In this document: in pieces, positions 42,701 to 51,150 of the stretch
Numbering within the stretch: position 1 is the first letter of the stretch
Layout: every line of letters starts with the position of its first letter
NCBI GenBank assembly: GCA_965226055.1
Contig: CBDDCA010000006.1
Location: 1-64,000, forward strand
DNA from: Spirochaetia bacterium
Lineage (GTDB): Bacteria > Spirochaetota > Spirochaetia > WTKD01 > G963693115
Length of the DNA: 64,000 nt
Reading direction: 5' to 3'
Program-made: the position numbers and the translations under genes
The notes under the pieces: generated by a model
Told to the model about the DNA's origin: nothing
Databases searched by the model: none
What the model saw: the letters and a program-made list of their open reading frames with translations, nothing else

Positions 42701-44504
42701 TGCTTTGAAAGAGATCTTCTGAGGGAGCTGTGAGTGAGTTGGGGGTTGTTATGTCTTTTGTTGCTTGGCTACTTTTGTTTTCTGAGTAATCAAGCGTGAG
42801 TATTGTTATTGTGTATGTTTTTCCTTGCGTGAGTTCTTCGACAGAGAGCGATGTTGTGGGATAGGGTATTTTCTTCTCGCTCAGTACTGTGGTGCTTGTG
42901 CCTTTTTCTGCTATGCTTATGCTGTATTCTTTTATGTCTTTGTTATTGGCTTTTGTTACATCGGGTGCTGTCCATGTTATCTGTGTGCCTATCTTTGTGG
43001 GTGATACAAAGGGATAGCTTGCTTGTATGCTTGTTACTGCATCGGGGGCGGTGCTATCTGCTGCAGTAGTGACTGTAGCATTTTCTGCTGTTCCTTTGTT
43101 GCCTGCACTGTCCATCGATACGACTGCCACTGTATACTCGGTGGTTGCTTTGAGGCCTGTTATCTGTGTATTGCGTACTGTTCTCTCTGTTATTGTTACT
43201 GTCTTTGCTGCTGTTGTGCTGTCCTTTTCTGTTGCTGTTATAGTCACTCCTGCATAGTCTCGTACATCAGGGGCTTGCCAGCCTACTACTAGGCTTGTTG
43301 CTCCTCCTGTGGCACTTACATTACTTACAGGTTCTGTGCTTTTGTCTGTTGTTGCTTGTTCTTTTGACACTGCAGTGGAATACTTTCCGTTTTGAGAAAC
43401 ATACACTTCTACTTTGTAAGTAAGCGTGCCATAGAGTTTTGTGAGTGCTATGCCATCTTTTGCTACATACACAGTGGCGTACTCTTGGTTGTCTGCACTT
43501 GCTCCGCTGACATTTGTTGCACTTGTATCTTTGTCTATTGTCTCTTCTGCTACTACTGTATTTGTTGCAGTTGCTATCACTCGTACTTGGAGGCTTTTTT
43601 CTGTACTTCCTGTTCCAAAGTCAAAACTCCCCCACTTGATAAGCAGGCTTTCATCGGCTGGGCTATTGCTTTTATCGTTTGCTGTTACTGTAAGGTCTGA
43701 TGCGGAAAGTGGCGTTACTGTTTGTGAGAGTGCTGATGGCACTATGCCTCTGAGTGCTTGCTTTGCCGTGCTTTCGTTACCGTTGCTATCTTTGTACACT
43801 ACCACTATATCATAGGCTATGCCATCTATAGTGGGGACAGCAATGCTCACCTCTCCTTGTGTTACATCTTGTACTGTTACTTCTGTCTTTACCCCAGTAG
43901 TTCTTTCTATCACTTGTATTGTGGCTTCTGCTATGTCTGTCTTGCCTGATGAGAGCAGTGCTTTGTCCCATGTTATCTTTATGCCATTTGTTGCTGATTC
44001 TACTGCTACCTGTGTAAAGGTGTCCTGCGGTGCAGTTTCATCGGTTAGTGTTGTCACAGAGCGGGTTGTTTTTGGTGATACTTCTGAGTCTTTTTGTGCT
44101 TCTATCTCTACAGTATAATCAGTGGTAGCATGCAAGCCTCTGAGTACATAGGGTCTGTTTTGTTGAAACAATGCACGATATTCTATTGCAGGAACACGCA
44201 CTTGTATGGACTGTGCTGGTGCAGTAGATGTAGCTTTTACAACTACATGCGTGGCATCGCTGGGAGCTTGCCAGCGTAACGAGAGTGTCCCATCGTTGCC
44301 TGCTGCGTGTATCTGCACATTGGACACTGATGCGAGTGTCGGTGTTACCTGTTTTCCCCCTCCGCCTGATGAACTGCTACTTCCCTCCGAACATCCTACG
44401 AGTACGAGGGTAATCATTGCTAGCACTAAAAATAGTGCAACAACTATAAATATATTCAGCTTACCATTTAGCTGATAGTTTAGTTTTTCATTACTTTTTT
44501 TCAT
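39789..44504 (-). CDS. Large surface lipoprotein with FN3-like domains and C-terminal DUF285/BspA-like repeats
   Basis: Lipobox LVGC plus S/G linker; WxAP...GL...T.Y FN3 patterns; FNQDIGxWxV repeats; AAGGAG RBS. Confidence 0.88.
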   Translation of the reverse strand: MKKSNEKLNYQLNGKLNIFIVVALFLVLAMITLVLVGCSEGSSSSSGGGGKQVTPTLASVSNVQIHAAGNDGTLSLRWQAPSDATHVVVKATSTAPAQSIQVRVPAIEYRALFQQNRPYVLRGLHATTDYTVEIEAQKDSEVSPKTTRSVTTLTDETAPQDTFTQVAVESATNGIKITWDKALLSSGKTDIAEATIQVIERTTGVKTEVTVQDVTQGEVSIAVPTIDGIAYDIVVVYKDSNGNESTAKQALRGIVPSALSQTVTPLSASDLTVTANDKSNSPADESLLIKWGSFDFGTGSTEKSLQVRVIATATNTVVAEETIDKDTSATNVSGASADNQEYATVYVAKDGIALTKLYGTLTYKVEVYVSQNGKYSTAVSKEQATTDKSTEPVSNVSATGGATSLVVGWQAPDVRDYAGVTITATEKDSTTAAKTVTITERTVRNTQITGLKATTEYTVAVVSMDSAGNKGTAENATVTTAADSTAPDAVTSIQASYPFVSPTKIGTQITWTAPDVTKANNKDIKEYSISIAEKGTSTTVLSEKKIPYPTTSLSVEELTQGKTYTITILTLDYSENKSSQATKDITTPNSLTAPSEDLFQSKPTLDTTGAIQIKATFKNAPGIGRYYTLRMKDGATLIAEKSITRTATTISFGIADGLEVPKSQSNKKDYRFDFLQIANNRVSPVTALSDAVAVYDSTSTAPPAAKDAKLSVESVTQTTATAVYTFSAGTITNDNKAPSGAKLTQAQIQYKVYIVAGDHSTKTLDEIKALAGVQTRELAGNSAELKVTFIGTKGADYTAGVEAINSLNPSYSTGTSATIKKATLTAPPSTPKVTTYTTNNAVVFAVPSTGSNRGKKVITVQVNASAIAGVSKANGNALEATDLAYYVLYLKKEDSTGKPASVSALWAVEKSSVKVAKYTKATGTTQDTISIAIVDSTSGSNAGATPIETAKDYYIGVRIVNTTSPNYDATNSDKLFPAGFYTDVTEIKEIYTSKAVAPSQSLLTGKLVVSPSTNTAGTIKLVLTELSTFTGAKDYDGTNITASNQLVYTVYGLQKDGTATVAEVLAGRKINLGSVTSGVYTVQSLASLGLSSDTAPVVAIKGATKYYFVVEVAIKTDTSKKAVSTVASVTTASQATAPAEVSSIQTRVAQTGMRVSWTAPSLSASHKTNTGATLTVAQVSYKVYKVAKGGSARSVAAIKQADSSPTTVAAGTTNTTLTGLTNGTTYEIVVQAVNSTDDTKVSTGQRHEFEVSAISIGNTSIVSAEVGTALASNTTRVLTSNSAFTCDANILEADAEKIKKETGLTVSFDQSSKTVTITGIANKSNIRDPAITSYFYDVAQCTITASKKKVPATIVIQTELRTAPSGKAESYYRPTKTSELQTIISEEKTRQATGGKSSNPSPNLNMIDTSAITDMGGLFFRDSAFNGDIIRWNTSSVTSMRGMFAGASVFNQDIGDWDVAKVTDMTTMFLVASVFNQDIGDWDVENVMNINQMFAQTNAFNQDIGNWKVRNVTDVTLVFFQASAFDQDLSSWKLCKTQLSSGKSEFEGSAMAGKTAQYPKDKTDKVACPSS
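39905..40300 (-). repeat. 75-bp (25-aa) DUF285-type repeats, about 5 copies
   Basis: ACATCCCAATCTCCTATATCTTGATTAAAAACACTTGCA repeated at 75-bp spacing. Confidence 0.88.
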
Positions 44505-44566
44505 AATGATCTCCTTGTTGGTATCTCTATTGTGTAATTATCATTACACCTAAGCATCATTATAGC

Positions 44567-44695
44567 ACAAATACTATTTTTGTGTATATTTCATAACATA
44601 TAAAATTAAAAAAAAAAAAAAATGGGATGAAATACACAAAAATATACAGCAAAAAGTGATAATAATGCTACTATAGAGATGCTATGAACAACAAA
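44567..44695. repeat. Copy 2 of the A15 intergenic module (A15 at 44608-44622) with a relic rdgB start
   Basis: Aligns with 1-131; ATGAACAACAAA at 44684. Confidence 0.9.
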
Positions 44696-44729
44696 ATATA
44701 TACTAAATACATTATAATATAAATAGTAT

Positions 44730-45890
44730 ATGAAAAAGTCTCATTCACATGTTAGTAATAACATACAAAGAAATATATTGCTTAATCCAGGTCCTGCCAC
44801 TACCAGTGATACGGTAAAGTATGCTCAAGTAGTACCAGACATTTGTCCTCGTGAAGAAGAATTTGGAGCATTAGTACTCTGGATACAAGAACAGCTATGT
44901 ACATTTGTAGGAACAAAAGAAAATACACAATGTGTTCTTGTTGGCGGGAGTGGTACTGCTGCAGTGGAAATGGTCATTAGCAGTGTTATCCCTCAAAATT
45001 CTGCACTCATAGTCATAAACAATGGTGCTTATGCAGAACGTATTATAAAAATAGCGAGCATTTATCATATAGAGGTAATAGACTTTCCTTCTCCTACTGA
45101 TAAAGAAGTAGATTATACTGCACTTGAAGAATGCATCGTACATAACAAAAAATTGTTAGCACAAAAAAATAAAACCTTAAGTCACATGGCTGCAATACAC
45201 CATGAAACAACAAGTGGCTTACTTAACAACATGAAAAAACTTGGAAGCATATGTAACACTCATGCAATATCTCTCATATCAGATGCAATGAGTAGCTTTG
45301 CTGCTATTCCTATAGATATGGAATCAGATAACATAGAGTATGTTATTGCTTCTTCAAACAAGAATTTACAAGGAATGGCAGGTATTGGCATAGCACTTTG
45401 TAATACTGACGCTTTAGAAAATACAAAAACGATAGAAAAAAGAAATCTGTATCTCAATCTCTATGATCAATATTCTTACTTCTTAAAAACACGACAATTT
45501 AGATTTACTCCTCCTGTACAAACACTCTACGCAATGAAGCAAGCCATACAAGAATGCATCACAGAAGGGGTAGAAAACAGATACACCCGCTACCTTAACT
45601 CATATCAAATACTAAGACAAGGCATGCAATCTCTTGGGTTTCGTGTTCTTGTACCAGAAGAAATTTCATCTGGATTGATCACAACATTCTTTGAGCCAGA
45701 AGATACAAAATATAATTTTGATACGATGCATGATTATCTTTATGAAAAAGGATTTACCATTTATCCCGGAAAAATAAGTCAAGCTCATACATTTCGTTTA
45801 GCAAATATTGGAGACATATACAAAGAGGACATACACAATTTTCTGCATTGTCTAAAACAGTATTTACAGACATACAATATAAAAGTGTAA
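44730..45890 (+). CDS. aepZ: 2-aminoethylphosphonate aminotransferase (AepZ/PhnW family)
   Basis: LLNPGP, GSGT, NGAY, HHETTSG, DAMSS, SSNKNLQG, RFTPP, IYPGK. Confidence 0.92.
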   Translation: MKKSHSHVSNNIQRNILLNPGPATTSDTVKYAQVVPDICPREEEFGALVLWIQEQLCTFVGTKENTQCVLVGGSGTAAVEMVISSVIPQNSALIVINNGAYAERIIKIASIYHIEVIDFPSPTDKEVDYTALEECIVHNKKLLAQKNKTLSHMAAIHHETTSGLLNNMKKLGSICNTHAISLISDAMSSFAAIPIDMESDNIEYVIASSNKNLQGMAGIGIALCNTDALENTKTIEKRNLYLNLYDQYSYFLKTRQFRFTPPVQTLYAMKQAIQECITEGVENRYTRYLNSYQILRQGMQSLGFRVLVPEEISSGLITTFFEPEDTKYNFDTMHDYLYEKGFTIYPGKISQAHTFRLANIGDIYKEDIHNFLHCLKQYLQTYNIKV

Positions 45891-45899
45891 GCTGGTAAT

Positions 45900-46643
45900 T
45901 TATTTATATGCCATTTTTTTCACATAATCACAAATTCGCTGATAATCTTCTATAAAGTCAATTTCACTCCAAAATGTACCAGCAATATCAATAACAGAAA
46001 TAGGATGATCTTTATGTTCTACCAACGCAGATTCCCACCAAGTAGCATGCTGTCTTTGTTCTAACATAGCAGTCAACTGTACATACAATGTATGCACAAA
46101 ACTCTTAGGAATAAGCGCAACATCTACACTTTCTGCCATAGATACATGAGGAATATCTTTTCCATAGGCGTCTAAAACATTTTCTTGATTATAGGTAACC
46201 TTTACATCGGCAACATTCTTTCTGCTAGAATCTACAAGCAGTATTGGGTTTTCTGTTTTTTGTATAGCATCAAATGCCATACAAAAAATGCTTGTGTCCA
46301 AAAAAGTGTCTGCGTTCATAATTATGGTAGCCTCTGTCTCTTGTAAAAGAATATCCTTTGCAAACCACAGGGACCCTATTGAATTGACTATATAGTAAAA
46401 CGGATTATATATACACTGTACAGTTTCGTACTGAGAAAGACTGTCTTCTACTTTCTTATGCTTATATCCAGTAACTACTGTAATATGCGATATTCCCTGC
46501 TGTAACAAAGAATCAACTGTATATGCAATAAGAGGAATAGCATCTCTTTCCGATGTATGTATCGGCAACAAACATTTATGTTCTTGAGAAATATGCTGTG
46601 CTATTCGGCTACCAATTCCAGCAGCAAGCAAAATTGCTTTCAT
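45900..46643 (-). CDS. LicC/PntC-like cytidylyltransferase
   Basis: LLAAGIGSR, KCLL, VVTGYK, NSIGSL, WSEIDFIED; phosphonate context. Confidence 0.82.
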   Translation of the reverse strand: MKAILLAAGIGSRIAQHISQEHKCLLPIHTSERDAIPLIAYTVDSLLQQGISHITVVTGYKHKKVEDSLSQYETVQCIYNPFYYIVNSIGSLWFAKDILLQETEATIIMNADTFLDTSIFCMAFDAIQKTENPILLVDSSRKNVADVKVTYNQENVLDAYGKDIPHVSMAESVDVALIPKSFVHTLYVQLTAMLEQRQHATWWESALVEHKDHPISVIDIAGTFWSEIDFIEDYQRICDYVKKMAYK

Positions 46644-46704
46644 AGTTATAGTATAGTGCTATTATCACAAAATTGTAATATATTATTTTTACTGTTGTTA
46701 TATC

Positions 46705-48078
46705 CTACGCTACCTGCTTTGCAATATCTACCAGTACCTCTGCACTCTTTTCCCCTGCTCTCCCTATATTGCATACAGCGTTGTCTCTCAATGCCTGTAT
46801 TGATGCTATGTACTGTTGCCGAGACGCTATCGTAGAATCAATAAGAGAAGGCAATTTCTGTATTTCGTCTGAGTGTATTACTGCCCCAAGCTGTTCAAGA
46901 ACATCTAGCTCCCAAGCGTTCCATGGAATATCATTTCCTTCCATACCTAACAATACAGGATGCGTGTTATGAGTAATGACAGGTTTTTCAAAAATAAAAG
47001 CAAAATCAAAAATGATACCGCTCCTATCAGAGATCAATACATCAGCATTCTGTAAAGAAGCAAAGTTATCGGCATTCATGTCCCATGTGATATTCGTATA
47101 CTCCTTAAATGTATGTTGCAAGTGTTCTATGAAATCACGTTCAACAAGCACACTCTGCGGATGAGGACGAATAATAATAGCATAATTACTCTCTATAAGC
47201 GACCGAAGCATCGTTTCTCCGCATATATTGAGCAGGCTTGATTGTCCCCATGTAGGAGCTACTAGTACAGTAGCTTGATGTTCCGTATCTTCTTTTCTTT
47301 GAGTATCATCTGTAATACTATTATTTTTACGATTCCATAGCTCATCCATGTATGTACATCCAACAAGATAACTTTGCTTTTTATGAGTATTGCGTAGCTC
47401 TTCAAGATGACGCAAAGATTTTTCCTGATGAGTACCACTCAATAGTAATGAATCATAAAAATCAAACGCAAACAATTTATACAAATGGAGATCAGTAGGA
47501 GCATGAATAATATGAGCATAATGCTTTACTTGTTTTGATCTACGAATTTGCAATACATCAAGATTAGGAGTAGTTAAGGCACATACATCTGCTTTCAATA
47601 AATTCAAATGAAAAAATGCCTTGTTCCCTTTTCCTATATACTTTGTATGTACCATTTCAGATTCAAATGTAAGCCCAGGATCTTCTTTATCAGAGCTAAG
47701 GTAGGTACATGAAATTCCTTGTGAATGAAACGCACGGAGTATGGGAGCAAAAGTATTCCAGTACTGTCCTCCTTCACTATAGAACACAATAGATTGAGTT
47801 GATGTCACACTTACATCAATATCCTCTTTTTTACGAAATATCCCTCGTATCATCATGAAAGATGTATACCATACACTGCGTATAACAAATATCAAAGTAG
47901 ATACTATGCCAACTACAACAGCAAGCAACATACTTCCTGTTCCAGGATCAAGGTATGCATACAAGGGCTGTGTATACACAAGCAAAAACATAAAAATAGC
48001 TATTACTCTATACTGTGTAAAAATTTTCTTCTTCATATACAATAGTATACTCCTTTTTATTATTTTACTTTTTTCCAA
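46705..48078 (-). CDS. CDP-glycerol:glycerophosphotransferase (TagB/F-like) with an N-terminal YLDPGTGS membrane module
   Basis: LVAPTWG, RPHPQ, LISDRSGIIFDF; true start may be 48037. Confidence 0.82.
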   Translation of the reverse strand: MEKSKIIKRSILLYMKKKIFTQYRVIAIFMFLLVYTQPLYAYLDPGTGSMLLAVVVGIVSTLIFVIRSVWYTSFMMIRGIFRKKEDIDVSVTSTQSIVFYSEGGQYWNTFAPILRAFHSQGISCTYLSSDKEDPGLTFESEMVHTKYIGKGNKAFFHLNLLKADVCALTTPNLDVLQIRRSKQVKHYAHIIHAPTDLHLYKLFAFDFYDSLLLSGTHQEKSLRHLEELRNTHKKQSYLVGCTYMDELWNRKNNSITDDTQRKEDTEHQATVLVAPTWGQSSLLNICGETMLRSLIESNYAIIIRPHPQSVLVERDFIEHLQHTFKEYTNITWDMNADNFASLQNADVLISDRSGIIFDFAFIFEKPVITHNTHPVLLGMEGNDIPWNAWELDVLEQLGAVIHSDEIQKLPSLIDSTIASRQQYIASIQALRDNAVCNIGRAGEKSAEVLVDIAKQVA

Positions 48079-51000
48079 TTCTTTTGTTCAAACATAGTAT
48101 CTGTTACTATATATTTATCTTTTATTGGAAAAGAATTTTTTGTCCGTAGCATTTCTTCCCAACCCAACAAGGGGGTTATGTAGCTCACAAGCTCTCTTCC
48201 TTCCTGTTGTCCTTGTGTAGGATCTGGTATTATTGTATCGGGACGACTAAAATCTTCAATACCATGAAAAGCAATGCTTGCTGTATCGGCATTACTCATA
48301 AAACGATTATCAACGCTAAGAGGATCAGTACTACCAATATCTTTTACCATAAGTAGTGCATGTAATAAAAAAAACACATCATCTCCTTGACGTCCAAATG
48401 AAATAGGAGCAACATTGTTGATATTCATAGGATCACTTTGTCCTGTTGTTGAATGATCAGACACAAGTATTATTTTCGTATTATCGTATATATTATTTTC
48501 TTTCAGCCAATGAAACCATGTACCAAGTGACATGAGTGTACACTTTAAAGTATCATAGATGCCATCATCTTTAGCATCTGGAGTTTCATAGTATAAAACC
48601 TTACAATCAGGGCCTAAGCTATACGGAGAATGCGTAATATGAGTATGTAAAAATGTAAATGTCCCATGTTGCTCTTGCTTTTTAACTTGCTGTTCGTCTC
48701 TTACATTTGATAGATATGAAAGTGAATCTACAAAAGACCAATCTCTTAATGTTGAGAAATACACATCACGATAGCTTTTTTGTAAAAGGCCATGCCATTT
48801 TTCATCATCATATATCATTCTTCTAAAAGTAATAGGAACAGAACGGAGTAAACTTGCTAATAGAAACAAGGAAGTTTTTTCTTTTGTTGTTTTTGCAACT
48901 AATGCAGTACTACGCGATATAACACTATCATAGAGTTGTTTTTGTTCAGGATGCCTTTCTAACCAAGGGCTTTGATAACTTTCAATTATTTCATTTTTTT
49001 CTATACATATTACCTTTTTTTTACGAACACCAGCACAACCTTCATTTTGCTCCTTTCCATAAAAAGAAAGACCAAAATGTCCCACCTGATACTTATAAGA
49101 TTGAAATGTATCTATCATAGTATCATGAGCAGCAGTAAACTTTTGTGCTACATTCTTCCCTTCTATATCTACTATATTCTCAGGAGTAAACTGCCATCCT
49201 CCCATCATTGAAGGCTTGCTTGCAGTGGTATTATTGCCAATACTAAGGGTATTAGGATACCATGTAAATCCACGATATATTTCCGCTAACTGTGGAACTT
49301 CTTCTAACACACGTTGTACTAATCCTCCATTTGCCATATCCAATAAAATGACCACTATGTTCCGTTTCTCTTTTGAAAAAGAGAGTAGCTGAGAAGGAAA
49401 TGTTTCCGCTACTGTTATACCATTATTCTCATCCTTTCCTTGCAACACTATAGATGTATTTTCTCTTCCCATGTAATATCTACTGTACCATCCACTAAAA
49501 TCTACAATTCTTACTAATACTAATCCCAAACACAGCGTTGCTACAATACTTATTATCCCTATCTTTTCCATCACTACACGATACAGCACCAGTATAAATA
49601 CAGTAAGAGCAATCCCTTCTGCCATATACATAAAAACAGTCAAAGTCAACCTCTCTGGAAAAAACAATATGAAGTGATCCATTTTTCCCATATCAAAAGG
49701 AACAAATACACTGTACAGTAACAACAAACCTAATACAAGTATACAGATAAATGCTACCTGTCGTTTTATTCTCTTTGGAACAAGCATATACAATAGTACA
49801 GGAGCTACTATCATCCCTAGCATAATCCATATTGTATTCTTTACTATATCTGTAAACAATATCCTCACATCATCAGGAGAGCTCCTATACAATTCTGCTG
49901 GAAGCTGTATGCATATAAGCAATGCTACTGTTATGCTTAGCACTAACAAGGTATACACTCCCCATTTTTGTTTTCCTTGATGTATTCTTTTTACTGAGAT
50001 ACTTTGCTGCTTCTTAGTAGTAAAAGCTACCAAAGATATAAAATACGGAAATAGTACCCCATTCATACTTACGAGTAATGCAAATGATACTAATTTTATA
50101 ATATATACACTTCTCGTTATATCTTCATCTGGTATATAAAAATAATAGAGTAGCAACAGCATACCAATACTCATGCTTATACAGAAAAGCATTCCTATTA
50201 TATTTTTCTTTCTCTTACTTTTAGTATTCTTACAGTATGACAATAGTAATATACAAGCACTCACTACCAATATTGTTATAGCTATTCCCAAGATTGTATT
50301 AGGTACTGCTAATCTTAAATGTCCTTCTGGTATCAATAAAAATGACAAACATATGTACCCTGCAAATATCCATGCAATGACAACAGTGTTTACTACTTTC
50401 TTATCATTTTCTATAAAAGATGTTATTTTCTGTTTTATAATGCGATAAGTACTCTCCTGCTTTCCACTATAATTTTGTTGTGCATTTTTTTGTAATCGAT
50501 GTGCTAACACAATATTCTTTAGCAGTGTAAATACATTGTTACAAGTCCAGTACAGCACTAATCCCGATGGCATAGCATATAACAACACAAAAAATATCAA
50601 TGCCATATTCCATGCTGACATTAAGGAGTTTGGATCTACTCTTCGCGTGTACACATTTGCTGCCATAATATTTATTGCAGTCATAATAAAAGGAAGCACA
50701 TTGATACGATAGCGACCAAACGGAAACAACGCATCTGCTTTTGACAGATCTTCAATGAATAAAAACGAAACTCCTTCCAGTGCAGTAAAATCCCTTAACA
50801 TATGATATGCCGCAAAGAAAAATGGTATTTGTATAAGCAAAGAGCCTATAGACCGTAAGCCCAGCACAGGATGATACTTATGCAGCCGATATAAACTTTG
50901 TATCATCATAAACCGCTCTTGTCCTTGAAAGCTCTGCTTAATTTCATCTAACTTTGCTTGCATGGACTGTCGCTGTAATAATTCCTTTTTTTGTAAGCGT

Positions 51001-51146
51001 TCTGCCAGCATATACACAGGCAACAATAGAAGTGAAATAAAGAAACTTAACAGAACAATGGCATATCCATAATTATGCGAAAATTGATACAAGAATAGAA
51101 AGATATATTCTAAAAAAGACTCCAGAATAGAAAAAAACGAAAGCAT
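48060..51146 (-). CDS. YidC/Oxa1::membrane::LtaS/sulfatase-like fusion, copy 4 (divergent C-terminus)
   Basis: IQIPFF and PSGLVLYW..NN (YidC); ILLDM, NTLS...T, HITHSPY, SDH. Confidence 0.85.
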   Translation of the reverse strand: MLSFFSILESFLEYIFLFLYQFSHNYGYAIVLLSFFISLLLLPVYMLAERLQKKELLQRQSMQAKLDEIKQSFQGQERFMMIQSLYRLHKYHPVLGLRSIGSLLIQIPFFFAAYHMLRDFTALEGVSFLFIEDLSKADALFPFGRYRINVLPFIMTAINIMAANVYTRRVDPNSLMSAWNMALIFFVLLYAMPSGLVLYWTCNNVFTLLKNIVLAHRLQKNAQQNYSGKQESTYRIIKQKITSFIENDKKVVNTVVIAWIFAGYICLSFLLIPEGHLRLAVPNTILGIAITILVVSACILLLSYCKNTKSKRKKNIIGMLFCISMSIGMLLLLYYFYIPDEDITRSVYIIKLVSFALLVSMNGVLFPYFISLVAFTTKKQQSISVKRIHQGKQKWGVYTLLVLSITVALLICIQLPAELYRSSPDDVRILFTDIVKNTIWIMLGMIVAPVLLYMLVPKRIKRQVAFICILVLGLLLLYSVFVPFDMGKMDHFILFFPERLTLTVFMYMAEGIALTVFILVLYRVVMEKIGIISIVATLCLGLVLVRIVDFSGWYSRYYMGRENTSIVLQGKDENNGITVAETFPSQLLSFSKEKRNIVVILLDMANGGLVQRVLEEVPQLAEIYRGFTWYPNTLSIGNNTTASKPSMMGGWQFTPENIVDIEGKNVAQKFTAAHDTMIDTFQSYKYQVGHFGLSFYGKEQNEGCAGVRKKKVICIEKNEIIESYQSPWLERHPEQKQLYDSVISRSTALVAKTTKEKTSLFLLASLLRSVPITFRRMIYDDEKWHGLLQKSYRDVYFSTLRDWSFVDSLSYLSNVRDEQQVKKQEQHGTFTFLHTHITHSPYSLGPDCKVLYYETPDAKDDGIYDTLKCTLMSLGTWFHWLKENNIYDNTKIILVSDHSTTGQSDPMNINNVAPISFGRQGDDVFFLLHALLMVKDIGSTDPLSVDNRFMSNADTASIAFHGIEDFSRPDTIIPDPTQGQQEGRELVSYITPLLGWEEMLRTKNSFPIKDKYIVTDTMFEQKNWKKVK

Positions 51147-51150
51147 AGTA

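Noticed and set aside
39924-44475. Numerous + strand ORFs inside the lipoprotein gene, and similar antisense ORFs elsewhere
   Set aside because: Shadow ORFs caused by codon bias of the real genes; no motifs
39704-44729. Target-site duplication around the lipoprotein cassette
   Set aside because: Only short imperfect AT-rich matches (AAATACA), expected by chance
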